Position numbers and translations under genes: made by a program. Below are positions 27,711 through 40,330 of a stretch of DNA of 64,000 bases, in pieces; within the stretch, counting starts at the first letter, position 1, and the number at the start of each line of letters is the position of its first letter. Source of the DNA: the human T2T-CHM13v2.0 reference genome, Homo sapiens; NCBI RefSeq assembly GCF_009914755.1, contig NC_060932.1. One strand, written 5' to 3'. The notes under the pieces were generated by a model, which saw nothing but the letters and a program-made list of their open reading frames with translations, was not told where the DNA came from and searched no databases.

Positions 27711-28054
27711 CCTTCCTTTTAGGAATATCAATGGAGGAAACCGATGTGTCAACTAGATAAAAGCAGAATGGGAAAGAGGTGCAAGCAAAATACTCTGGAA
27801 TGAAGGGCAAGGGGAAAATACTCTGGAAAGGGACTAAGCCCTTCCAGTTAATTTCATGTCAATAATGTTGTCTTCAATTAACGAAGGCACAGTCCTCCTT
27901 CCCGAGTTGTCAGGATTTTTATCCCATCTGTCTTTATTATTCGAATAACAGCAAATATCCATCTATATATGTATTTGCTATTTTTATATATATATATACA
28001 TACATACACAAATATATTCATATATACAAACATACAATTTGCTATTACTGTGTG

Positions 28055-28057
<3 letters not shown>

Positions 28058-28096
<39 letters not shown>
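28058..28096. repeat. (CA)n microsatellite, ~19 units, next to a TA-rich low-complexity stretch (27961-28030)
   Basis: Direct reading. Confidence 0.95.
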
Positions 28097-28099
<3 letters not shown>

Positions 28100-29633
28100 T
28101 TGCTCCCATTTCACATGCAGGAATTAAAAAAAAAAAAAAGTAGAAAGAAAGAAAGAAAAGAAAAACAGGCCCAGAAAGCGCCAAAGGAAAATTGCTAAGT
28201 CTCAGGTCTAAAGACAGCTGGTCCCCAGTTCCTCCATGGGGATGGCCTCCAAACACCTCTCCAAAGGTTTTCTCTGACTCACTGACATGAACAAAGTCAG
28301 CTGAAGTGTGAGGTGTATCACTATAGAGGTTTAGAGTCTATTTTGTACCCACCCACTCTCACCCCAGTTCACTGTGGGTTTACTGTTGGAGAGGGTTGCC
28401 GACTGCCTAGGGCCAGCTCTTGGCCCCAACTCGGTCCTCTACTGCGGTGCCTGCGCGGCTCCCACCACCCACTTCCGCCTCTGCCTGGCCAATCAATCTA
28501 TGTCTACACCAAATTGCAGTTGGCAGCAACGCAGCAATGCCTAAGTGGAATAATCACTTGGACCCGAATCTGAGTTGTTTTCTGTCCCCGACAACAAATA
28601 ATGTTACTTCAGCGCCTGCAGGCCAAGAGTTGAAATAAGCTTATAATTTGGCTTCCAATCCATCTCACATTCTGATTCCCAACCACTTAAATTTTCTTTT
28701 CTGTGTTTTAGCTTGCAGGCAGCAGATCTGGAGGCTCCATCACTGGCATGGTCTTTATGGATATCCTTCATGAATACCCTTGGCCATCTAAGTAAAAAGG
28801 GGGGAAATCTACATAATCCAAAACCACACTTGTTTTAACAATGAAAACAAATAGACTGTCAGCTGGTACCTCCACATAATCATTAATAATCTAATTTGTA
28901 CTTTCTTACTCCAGCAACTTGAAGAACTGTTCACAGTTTTCTCATCTACACACAGTAACATACATCGAGCCCTGGAGTGTGTGGTACTAGCAATACCAAA
29001 CTGCAGGTTCGGAGCCACGGCATGGCTCAGCTCCTCCCTCTTTTTCCAGTGAAGGTACTTATTAAAAGTCTGCTCTTCAGCTCTGGAAAGTACATGTCTC
29101 CTTAGCCGTTCCAAGCATCATATTCCTCCAGAGAAGAGTCATCTCAAGCTAGTAACTGAAAAATGAAGAGACTAGAAGGCAAACCCACTGCCAAGACCCC
29201 CTTGGTAATCAGGGTGGAAGGGGAATAGCATCTTGGAAAATTCCAGGAGGTGACCTGCAGGTATACTACCAGCTAATGAGAAGTGGGTATGTTCAACTGG
29301 ACAGACGCTCTATAGGAAGAAAAGAGAAGGAACATCAACAGCACATCCATAATGTGTCCATACACCACACAAGCTATGTTACACATGAACTCATTCCAAC
29401 CACAACAATGCTATGGATATGTGCATTAATATTTCCACTTTACAAACACAGAAATGAGGCTCAAAGGTGTTAAGTAACCTACTAGGCTCATACGTGGTGA
29501 AGTCAGGATCTTTCTAACTTTCAAAACCAAACTCTACAAAGGAAAGCGAGCCTTTGCTCTGTTGACTTTGCAACACACCTTCACCTACAGGACTTAGCCT
29601 TCATGTATGATTCTTTGAAATTAAGTATGGGGC

Positions 29634-29943
29634 GGCCAGGTACGGTGGCTCATGCGTGTAATCCCAGCACTTTGGGAGGCCGAGGCGGGCAGATCACAAT
29701 GTCAGGAGATCAAGACCATCCTGGCTAACACAGTGAAACCCCGTCTCTACTTTAAAAAAAAAAAAAAAAAAAAATTAGCCGCGCACGATGGCAGGTGCCT
29801 GTAGTCTCAGCTACTCAGGAGGTTGAGGCGGGAGAATGGCATGAACCCGGGAGGCGGAGCTTGCAGTGAGCCAAGATCGCGCCACTGCCCTCCAGCCTGG
29901 GCGACAGAGCAAGACTCTGTCTCAAAAAAAAAAAAAAAAAAAA
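29634..29943 (+). mobile_element. AluY with TSD taagtatggggc
   Basis: Y-type diagnostics (accatcctggctaacac; ggcggagcttgcagtgagcc); TSD at 29622-29633 and 29945-29956. Confidence 0.93.
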
Positions 29944-30247
29944 GTAAGTATGGGGCTTACATAACACAGCTGCATGGAAGTGGTAGCTAGGTATATGTGC
30001 TGCCAGCAACCTAAGGCTGCCATGTTGGCCTCAGGAACACAGCCCACCCTGATCCCCTATAATTCCCTCATAAGAAACCATAATGACAAAAACTCACACT
30101 TTCTGAATGTCAAAGAAATAGACAATAAGTATTTGCCAAAAGCAAAAACTAAATCCAGGAAAGCGACTGCAGTTAGAATAGTTACAAAACCTTGCTTTGC
30201 CCAATTCAGACAGTGACAATGACATCCCTCTGTCTAAATTCTTATGT

Positions 30248-30471
<224 letters not shown>

Positions 30472-31882
30472 TCATTCACTCGTTCTTGTATCCGGGTCTC
30501 AGTCCCCTCCCCTGTCCTCCAATGCCTAGTATGTTCTCCATAGCTTGGCACAGAGAGTGAGGATTCCGAGTGAGCATTATGGAAGAGCTCATGTGTCATC
30601 ACCAGTGTCAGTTACAGTAAGAACCGAGTAAGAGGAGGCAGGATGTGCGTGAGAGCGGCTGAGAAACCATCCATGGAAAAATCCTAGACTTGGTTTTGCA
30701 AGTTTTTCAGTTGGGACTCTAAAGATTGGGAAGTCCACCCTTCCCCACCCCCAAAGAAATGGAGTTTGGCAGACATCAATTAGCAGTCCTCTATAAATAA
30801 ACCTGCTTTTAATCATGTTAAAAGAAGCCTACCAAAAATCATCTACTGAAAAGAGCAATTAAAAATGGTGAAAATGAGTACATTGAGATCAATAATATTT
30901 TAACCATCTAGGAATTCATCCTATTTAATGTACAACTAATAAGTGAAAGTTCTCCACATTTTAATGTCCAAAGGGCTTCAAAAACACAATGGACCCAATG
31001 GTGTGAAAATATCCATCCAGCTGCCTTAAGTTCCAAGGCTTACTCACCTGCATCTATTTAAAACTTTAAATCTTTAGACCATCTAAACCATGTCTGTGTC
31101 AGACACACTGATTCTCAAAATGTGAAAAATAAAAAGGCTAAAAACCCTCTTCACCATCAGCATGCCTAAAATAACAAATGAAAAACACCACGAGATGAGA
31201 TATGTGTCTGCCAACTAGAAGTTCCCAGTGAGATCTTCTTTGTGCATATGTGGCTAATTTTATATATACACAAAATTTATATTTAAATCTTAATGGTAAC
31301 TTTTTTATTTCTTTAAATCAGTGAAGTCCCTTATGTTATGGCACTGGAGGATAGAGCAGGGATAGGGTCAGGAACTATACAGACAACTTCTAAAATTATC
31401 ATCTTTCTCAAGATATGTCTCAGAAAAGAAAGGCCTCTTGGATGTCACACATGATAAATTGTGTGTTACTATACAATATCCTTAACCACATTCCTTCTAC
31501 ATTAAATAATTTTACTGCAAATAGTATGTTTTAGAACACAACTGATTTTAAAGGTCATGAGTTCTTCCCCTAAAAGATTACTTTTCTGTTATTTTGTCAA
31601 ATGAAAAAGAGGATCTTGGTGTCCTGGTCTTAAGACTACAGGATGCAGACTCAACGGAAACATATCTATTTTTAATTCCTTTTTCATTTTAATCCTTTCA
31701 CTCAAGTGGGTCACCCTGCTTTTCTTCACTTCAATTTCTTACCTCAATAAATAGAGATAATCTCAGATAACAAAATTATGCTACTAAATTACTTGAAGTC
31801 TCTTTAAAAAGGTACCAGTCCATTATTGCCTTAAAGGATACCCAATATTATTTTCCTTATACTTTAAAGATTTACCAAGTGT

Positions 31883-32178
31883 AGCCGGGCACGGTGGCTC
31901 ACACCTGTAATCCCAGCACTTTGGGAGGCGGAGACGGGTGGATCACAAGGTCAGGAGATCGAGATCATCCTGGCTAATACAGGGAAACCCTGTCTGTACT
32001 AAAAATACAAAAAATTAGCCGGGCATGGTGGCAGGCGCCTGTAGTCCCAGCTACTCTGGAGGCTGAGGCAGGAGAATGGCATGAAATCAGGAGGCAGAGT
32101 GTGCAGCGAGCTGAGAACGCGCCACGGCACTCCAGCCTGGGCGACAGAGCAAGACTCCGTCTCAAAAAAAAAAAAAAA
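31883..32178 (+). mobile_element. AluY with 16-bp TSD aaagatttaccaagtg
   Basis: TSD at 31866-31881 and 32176-32191; TT/AAAG endonuclease-type site. Confidence 0.93.
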
Positions 32179-34046
32179 GATTTACCAAGTGCCTCCAGTA
32201 GGGACCCTGCGTGGTCTGGAGTTGAACTGTTTTCACATTGTCAACATGGGAACCACTAACATAATCGACAATGAAGTGATTCCCATCACAAGCTAACTGG
32301 AGATATAAATGATAAGCTATTATAGCATAAAAAAGCACTGACCAATTTAGGCTGGAGAGGATCCGCATTATAACTAGTCTCTTGAAAATAAAGTAAATTG
32401 CTTCTGTTTGTCATTGGCTGTGAGACCAATAACACAATTTTTCTCCTCAATCAGTGAAGATACAGACAGCTGATGGACCTCCGTAAAAGAGCTATTTTCC
32501 AGCAAACGGTCTGCAGTGCCATAGTTACACTCCACATGCAATTGTTCATTTTATTAGACACCCTTTTCCAGTAAATCCTTCTGGGCTAGCCCTGCCCTTA
32601 TTAGACACTACAGCTGCTCAGCTGGTGCTAGATGCCATCACAGAGCCTAATGAGGCCTGAACAGTGTTTCAGGGATATCAGCTGCACTTAATCCTGTCCA
32701 GAACACAAAATTTGGCTTTACATCTTAAATGAGTTACTGTGAGATCTTAGGCAAGTTCTTAACTCCTGTGAGTCTCCACTTCCCAATCTGTAAAATGAAG
32801 AGGTTGGACTAAGTCTGTGATTCTCAGTGAGGGAGGATGATCTTTATCTGTTGTCTTCTCACTCCTAGCCAAGAATCCCTGTGTGTAGGAAGATATGTTA
32901 CAGATGGTAATAAGCTACACCGATTAATGATGAAAATGCAGACAGCACTGAGACTTAGATGTTAAGACTAGGGAAGAGAAGCTTAAAAAGAGAACTACTA
33001 TAATGCTTAAAGTTGTAGACTTCCAGAGTATAAAGATTTCAGCAGGCTAACTGATGAAGAGTAGTTAAACAATCATAGAACAACCATGGTTACTTCATTA
33101 GCCAAATGTCACCTCTTATTGTGGCCTTTCCATCGCATAGCTGGCTGAGTTAGGCAGGCACAACCCTTCATTCAGAAAAGTAAACTCACCCCCAAAGATG
33201 ATACAATGATCAAGAATAGCTCGTCTAGGATGCATGATCCCAGGCAACAGGGACACCTATACGGGGCAGCCCAACATAACAAATTATACATTCCCACACC
33301 TTATACACCAACACACCTACTCCAACACAACAATGGAAGTAGCGGTATGGGGAGGGCAGAGGTGTGTGGTTCAGAAATACCAAGTTCAGTCCCGGTTCTG
33401 CCATGAAATAATTGTGTGACCCTTGAGCAAGTCACCTGCAAAATCAAAGTATGGAACAGACCATCTCCCAAGTTACCTTCCAGTAGAGAAACTGCACTTA
33501 CTTTTTATTATTCTAATAAACATCTATGTGCTACTACAATCTCCACAGCATCTTTAAGGTCACTACATGCATCTCCATTACTGGCTCAGTTTTTAAAATT
33601 ACCACATTCCCAGCCTTTTCGGGCAAAGACAACACTTAGGACAACTGCCCAGAACACAAGTTTGAGATGCAGAATGAGTAAAGTTTGTTTTCTCTGGCTT
33701 CTTTACAATTCCCTCTGGCTAAATTCTACCCTGTACTCTGCCAAGTCTCTGTATTTCTGGCACTGAGGCTTGATCTATAGTAGTCATAGGCCTGGTGACA
33801 CTGTGATAGATGAAGAAATTAAATCTTTCACCAAACTAGAACAGGCATTTTGAATGGTAATTTTTATCTTCTTCCTTCCCAGATGCAGGAATGTCAACAG
33901 TTGAGAGATACTATGATGAAGGTAGACAGTCACTGCAAAAATGGACTTGCCTCCCAAATGGTCTCTCATTATCTTGCAAATGTATTACTTTTTCTGTATC
34001 AATTTCTGAGTTTATTTTGTGTTATGCTCCAACTGCAAGGGAATTG

Positions 34047-34061
34047 AGAACATACTGTCCA
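34047..34061. promoter_or_regulatory. Candidate androgen/glucocorticoid response element
   Basis: AGAACA-tac-TGTCCA against consensus AGAACAnnnTGTTCT; forkhead motif GTAAATA at 34125-34131. Confidence 0.4.
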
Positions 34062-34499
34062 CATTTTCCAGAAAAGACTAACGTTAACAGAATGAATCTT
34101 TCACCATGAAAATGAAAACTTTGTGTAAATATTTATATAATTAAATTTATTCAATCAATCCATTGGGTTAGGCTGATGGAAGGATGCTTTTTTTTTTATA
34201 TTGAGATTGAGGGAGGCAAGAAAACAATTCTAATCTCAAGATACAAATAAATATATAGTAATATTGCTTATAGATGTCATTTAAAAAGATTTATGCATAC
34301 AGAATGTAAATGGATATTGCCCTCAGGGATCCTACAATTGCTGTATATTATTTGCTATGCATACTAGATAATGAAGTTTAAAAATATAGATGGGAAACAC
34401 AGATGTTTCCTCAATAAATATTTTTAAATCATTTCAATGTGTTTTCATTCCACACCATAGCCAGGTAAGCAAGACAAGGATAAACAGTTAACAAAGAAA

Positions 34500-34865
34500 A
34501 CATCATTGGAATACTCAGCAATAAAAAGGAATGATCTATTGATACACATATCAGCATGGATCGTAATTATGCCAAGGAAAAGAAACCCAACAAATAGAAT
34601 ACATACTGTATGATTCCATTCATATACAATTCCAGCACATCGGTGTTCACCTGGGGATGGGGGTTGGGGGGTGAGAGGGGCAAAGAAGGACCCAGAGAAG
34701 CAGGAGGGTCAGATTACTGACGGGCACATGAAACCTTTTCTGGGGATGTATATATTTTCGATTTTGGTAATAGTTTCATATGTGTATACATATGTCAAAA
34801 CAAATCAAATTGCCTGATTTAAATACGTGAGTTTATTGTGTATTAATTATACCTTAATAAAGCTA
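34500..34865 (+). mobile_element. L1M 3'-end fragment
   Basis: ggaatactcagcaataaaaaggaatga...atactgtatgattccatt...aattataccttaataaa. Confidence 0.75.
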
Positions 34866-34887
34866 TACAATGTGGAAAATATCTAAA

Positions 34888-36094
34888 TGATACGGAAAGG
34901 ACGTGCTGGGACGGGAGGAGCATGGTCCTTTTAAATAACATGGAAGAGGCCGGGCACGGTGGCTCACGCCTGTAATCCCAGCAGTTTGGGAGGCCGAGGT
35001 GGGTGGATCACGAGGTCAGGAGTTCAAGACGATCAGCCTGGCTAAGATGGTGAAACCCCGTCTCTACTAAAAATACAAAAGTTAGCCGGGCGTGGTTGAG
35101 GGTGCCTGTAACCCCAGCTAAAACCCCGTCTCTACTAAAAATACAAAAATTAGCCAGGCGTGGTTGCGGGTACCTGTAACCCCAGCTACTCAGGAGGCTG
35201 AGGCAGGAGAATTGCTTGAACCAAGGAGGCGGAGGTTCCAGTGAGCCAAAATTGTGCCACTGAACTCCATCCTGGGCGACAGAGTACGACTCCGTCTCAA
35301 AAAAAAAAAAAAAAAAAAAAGATACAGAAGAGGGGAAGGGAAGTGCTGGGTAGAGGTGAAGGCGTGGTCCCTGGCTAGGATTCCAACCCCCACGGACCTC
35401 GGTGAGGACAGGCATTTCCTGCCCAAATGTTGCATTTCCCAAGACCACTCTGGCCTGCCACAACCCATCCTGTGCCTATAAAAACTCCCGAGACCCCAGC
35501 AAGGCAGAGACAGGGGCAGGTGGACATCGAGAGGAGCACATCGGTGGAGGAACACACAGGCGCTGGACAACCACAGGAACGCACCGGCAGGCGCCAGCAG
35601 GCCACCAACCAGCAGAAGGAGAACAATGCAGAGTTTGGCTGGGGCAGTCCGAGGAAAGCCCAGGCCACCGAGTGGCCCAGCTCCCGAGGAAAGCCCTCCC
35701 ACTCTACCCACTTCTGACTTTCGCTGAGCTACTTCCACTCAATAAAACCTTGCACCCATTCTGCAAAGCCCACATGTGATCTGATTCTTCCTGTACACCA
35801 AGGCAAGAAACCGGGATACGGAAAGCCCTCTGTCCTTGAGACAAGGTGGAGGATCTAACCGAGCAGGTTAACACAAGCCGCCTACAGACGGCAAAACTAA
35901 AAGAGCACATGGTAGCACATGCCCACTGCGGCTTCCGGAGCTGTCAACGTCCACCCCGAGACGTGGGGCGGGAGCCCCGCAGCCTGCCCGTCTGTATGCC
36001 CCTCTAGAGCTTTGAGCAGCGGGGCACTGAAGCAGCGAGCCGCTCCCCCTGTCGCACGCCCTGCGAAGGGGACAAGAGAACTTTTCCCGTTTCA
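34888..36094 (+). mobile_element. ERV1 solo LTR (LTR1/HUERS-P2-like group), interrupted by an Alu
   Basis: TGATAC...TTTCA termini; TATA-like cctataaaaa (~35475); AATAAA at 35741; 3' end gggacaagagaacttttcccgtttca is typical of this group. Confidence 0.8.
34948..35320 (+). mobile_element. Alu with an internal 68-bp tandem duplication, inserted in the LTR
   Basis: Units 35053-35120 and 35121-35188; degenerate TSD ending gaagag. Confidence 0.93.
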
Positions 36095-36332
36095 GAAAAA
36101 CAAGGCATAGTTAAAATTGTGAGTAATTAAGACACCTGTTGCATGAAAAGCTACAGAAAATATAAGCTATACTAGACACAGGAGACTACCAGAGGCAGAT
36201 TTCAGGATCAGGGGAATTCAGCAGGTTTCACAAAACTGAAAAAGTCATTCTGAGCACTTAAAGACTGTGCCTAGTTAACATTCATCTCCTCCAAAATATA
36301 TAATTCTTATTTCCTTAAGATTTTTTTAAGGT

Positions 36333-36366
36333 AGCTGGGATTAGAGGTGTGCACCACCACACCCGG
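36333..36366 (-). mobile_element. 34-bp tailless Alu/7SL fragment flanked by 8-bp direct repeats
   Basis: tttaaggt[agctgggattagaggtgtgcaccaccacacccgg]tttaaggt. Confidence 0.7.
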
Positions 36367-36424
36367 TTTAAGGTTTGACAGAAATAGTTATAACTTCCTT
36401 CACAGTAGTAAAAATAGCTAGCTA

Positions 36425-36665
36425 GCATTTATTGGGCACTTGCTGTAAACCACGCCCCAATCTAATGGATTATCCTATTTAATTCTCACCTAAGAAGCTA
36501 AGAGACGTATATAATCTTCACTCTCTATGTTACAGATAAGGACACCTACTATTCAGGAACATTAAATAACTTGCTTAGTGTCACCCACCATCCCAGTGGT
36601 GGAGCTGGGATACAAACCCAGGTGGTCTGAATGCAGAGTCGAACTCTTGAAATTAAACTTCTGGC
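36425..36665 (-). mobile_element. MIR
   Basis: ttacagataaggacac...aataacttgc...ggagctgggatacaaacccagg. Confidence 0.7.
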
Positions 36666-37070
36666 CCTCTTCTTCATGAACAGGATCCTGTATGCTGACT
36701 CATACCTCTGATGGCTTAAAAAGACTCTTTCTTCATTGCATAGCTACAGTTCTAAGTCTGAATGCTAATCTTTTGCATGGTAGCAGCAGAAACGGTAAGT
36801 AGTAAAGTGATGGTGGAAGGCAAGGGGAATTATGGGAGGAAAAAAAATATGACCGGAAATCAGCAGAATCGGTTTTGGTCAAGTCCTCACTGATGACTGT
36901 AAACGTGGGCAAGCCATGTCTCCTGCTTGGATCTGTTGCCTTTATGGTGAAAATTAAGGATTTGAACTAATTGATTAATTCTAAGACTCCATCCAGCTTT
37001 GTGATTCTGCTGGTCCTCTTTTGAGGAATACTTCCTGCATTTTACAACTTGGATTAAAAATTCTCCATGA

Positions 37071-37374
37071 GACCAGCACAGTGGTTCACGCCTATAATCC
37101 CATCATTTTAGGAGGCTAAGGCAGATGGATCACTTGAGGCCAGGAGCTCGAGACCTGCCTAGGCAACATGGCAAAATCCTGTCTCTACTAAAAATACAAA
37201 ATTTAGCAGAGCGTGATGGCACATGCCTGTAATTCTAGCTACTCAGGTGCCTGAGGCGAGAGAATTGCTTGAGCCTGGGAGGCTGAGGTTGCAGTGAGCC
37301 AAGATCGCACCACTGCACTCCAGCCTGGATGACAGGATGAATCCCTGTCTCAAAAAAAAAAACTAATTGAAAAA
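37071..37374 (+). mobile_element. Alu with 15-bp TSD aaaaattctccatga
   Basis: TSD at 37056-37070 and 37375-37389. Confidence 0.93.
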
Positions 37375-37955
37375 AAAAATTCTCCATGAACGTAATACAT
37401 TTCAGATACACAGTGTTCTTCATCCCCTCAAACACCCAGACACCTCCCCATCCCCGCCATACCTTGCAAGATTCTTCACTATTTCCTCAAGATCATCTGT
37501 TCACAAGGATCACCCATAAAGGCCCAAGAAAAAGGAGGAGGGTCCCGCAACCAGTGACTTCCCTGTTCTGCTAGGCACTCTAACCATCTTTTTCACGTGA
37601 TAAGCACGCAAGAGTTAATTTGGGCTTTCAAGGAGTGAAAAGGAGGCAGCCCCCACCCAGAAGCTCATTCCATTCTCCTTGTGTAGCTTCCGACATCTGA
37701 GATGATCCAAAGTCCTACTACATGGTGGCTAAAGTTGCGAGATTCCGTGTATTTCTAATTCTTATTCGTTCTTTAAAGTGGCTATTCTCTCTTTGCACTA
37801 AAAACACACCATTTTCTCTTTTTAAACGGATAGATTTTGTGACCCTTTGGGGAGACATAAAAGCGAGAGAGCAACTAAATAAGGCAGTTGTAAACCATTT
37901 CAGCACCCGTAAAACCTTCTCCTTTATCACAAAAGAAGAGAGGAAAAGCAGCTGG

Positions 37956-37988
<33 letters not shown>
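37956..37988 (+). repeat. Orphan poly(A)33 tract
   Basis: No Alu or L1 body adjacent. Confidence 0.9.
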
Positions 37989-37989
<1 letters not shown>

Positions 37990-40066
37990 CACAGCTGACA
38001 GGGAACTTGGTATCTTTAAGAACAACTTGTCTCATGAATTTTCATATCCATATTTTGGGGTTTTCACTGAATTGAAAATTCTTTCCAGAAAAACACTTCT
38101 CATGTGTGATAACTACTTTCACAATACATTGGTGAGACAAAACTCTTAAAAATTTCAAGGTGTACCATGTCTATTTTTCTATAATTCTACCTATATGTCA
38201 GCTCTTTATTTCTATTCTGTATTTTACATACTCTCACCTATTTTCAAAAACATCCTGTTCTAGCTCAGAACATATAATTTATGTTTCTATTTAGTACTTT
38301 GTTTTTATTGAGTTATTTAGCAATTATTCTATGATAAACCAAAAGTTAAAATATAGATCATCCCTTTCCTACATCAAACCATATTTACCAAATTCACTAG
38401 TAACCTTTATCATCGCACAGACCGGTTTTCTTTGGTTGCGTTCACCATGCGCACACTATTTTCTAACTTTTTGCTTGATGTCTGCATTTATCTACTGAGT
38501 CCAGATATCTGTCATTTTTAATGGTACAATATTCCATTGTTTTGCTAAAGCAGTTCAATTAGCCATCTTTCAGCTCGTTGTTTCCACACATGATTATAAC
38601 CAAGTCAACCATTTTTAAAGAAATAAATTTTGTTTGTTCCTACTGGAGCTCTTTCCTTAGGCTATAATCTGAAAAGTAGGGTTAACACGTTTAAGACCAT
38701 AATCAGCCCCTGTGACTTTTATTATAAATCACTTTTATTATTATAAATGGCTCTCCAAAAGAGGTATTAGCAACTTGCAATGTCACCAGCAAAATTATGA
38801 CCGTAGCTTTTTCTTCATATTCTCTTTCGCACTGAGATTTCTGGGCTGTATTTATTTTAGGGTGATTTTATTTGGGGAGAACACTTGTATACCAGTGTCC
38901 ATCCAGTGGTTGAGGACTCCTGAGTTAGGGAAGTCCCAGATGTCAACTAATGCATTAATTATTCCTGAGAGGTGATATTTAGAAAAACAGTTTCTACGAT
39001 CAAGTGACTCTGGAAAATGCCGTGTCAAAGTTAACAAGTTTCATTGTTGTGGAAGATCCCAAAGCCTTTAATCTACTAAAAGAATGATGTAGAATCTTTT
39101 AGTTCTTTGAAATCTGTCACATTTGTGTAATACTCTTAATGCCCCCTTTTAAAAACGTGTATTGATCACCTATTATATGCCAAGTACTTTATATGCCTGA
39201 TAACTCATTCAATACTCCTGACTGCCTGATAAAGTCATTATTACAAATCTTACTTTTACTAAAAAATCAAAAACTGAGACTCGAAAGGCTAAATAATGTA
39301 CGCAAAATTCCAAGGCTAATATGTAATGTTAGCTTTTAAACTCATTGTCTACTTTTTGTGGATTCGCCATTATACCATCCTGCCTCATAACACAATGTTT
39401 AAACATATTGTCAGTTAGCCAGTTTCTGTTCTTCTTTTTGGTGGGTTGGGGATGTTCAGTTTTCTAGTTTTCCTGTTTACTGAGTTATCAATACACAGAT
39501 GAGTAAAGTACAATCATCTTAAAGATACAGCTCAATGAGTTTTTACATGTTATACTCTTCTATAACCATCACATGGATCAAGATAAAAAATTTTTTTTCA
39601 TCAGCTTAGGATATTTTCTTTTTCAACAGAGATTGGTTTTATGCTTCTCATTCTATATAGGGCCTGGTACTGAAGTTATTCAAATAGGTGTTTAATAAAC
39701 TCTGATCAGAGAAGGTTGAAACTAGAAGTGACATAGTTTATGTGTTCCAAACTCTTCAATTTACAGATGTGCAAACTGAAGGCAAGAAGGAAAGTGACTA
39801 AAGACACAACAATTCAGAGCATTTCTGCTACACGGTGCTGCCCTTGCTGGCCACTGGCTGGTTACTTCTACACATTGTACTACAGACACAGTGAGGGGTA
39901 ACCAGAAGACAGGATGTGTAACAGAGAAAGAAGCCCAGCTAAAGAGTTTTGCAGTGATATTTCAATTTTAAACAAGTGTTGAAGTATCCAAAAGGTAAAA
40001 CTGGTGAAGAAATGCTCAACAAACTGACTTTAATGTAAAACACTATTTTTCATTGTAAAAATATCA

Positions 40067-40330
<264 letters not shown>

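Noticed and set aside
27278-27810. Overlapping ORFs of 86-149 aa on both strands
   Set aside because: Stop-codon scarcity in the GC-rich island explains them; no recognisable protein.
35190-35779. Longest ORF in the window (182 aa) and its neighbours
   Set aside because: They lie in the LTR and Alu; no gag, pol or env similarity.
37405-37419. GATACAcagTGTTCT as a second ARE/GRE
   Set aside because: The left half-site lacks the critical G; effectively a half-site only.
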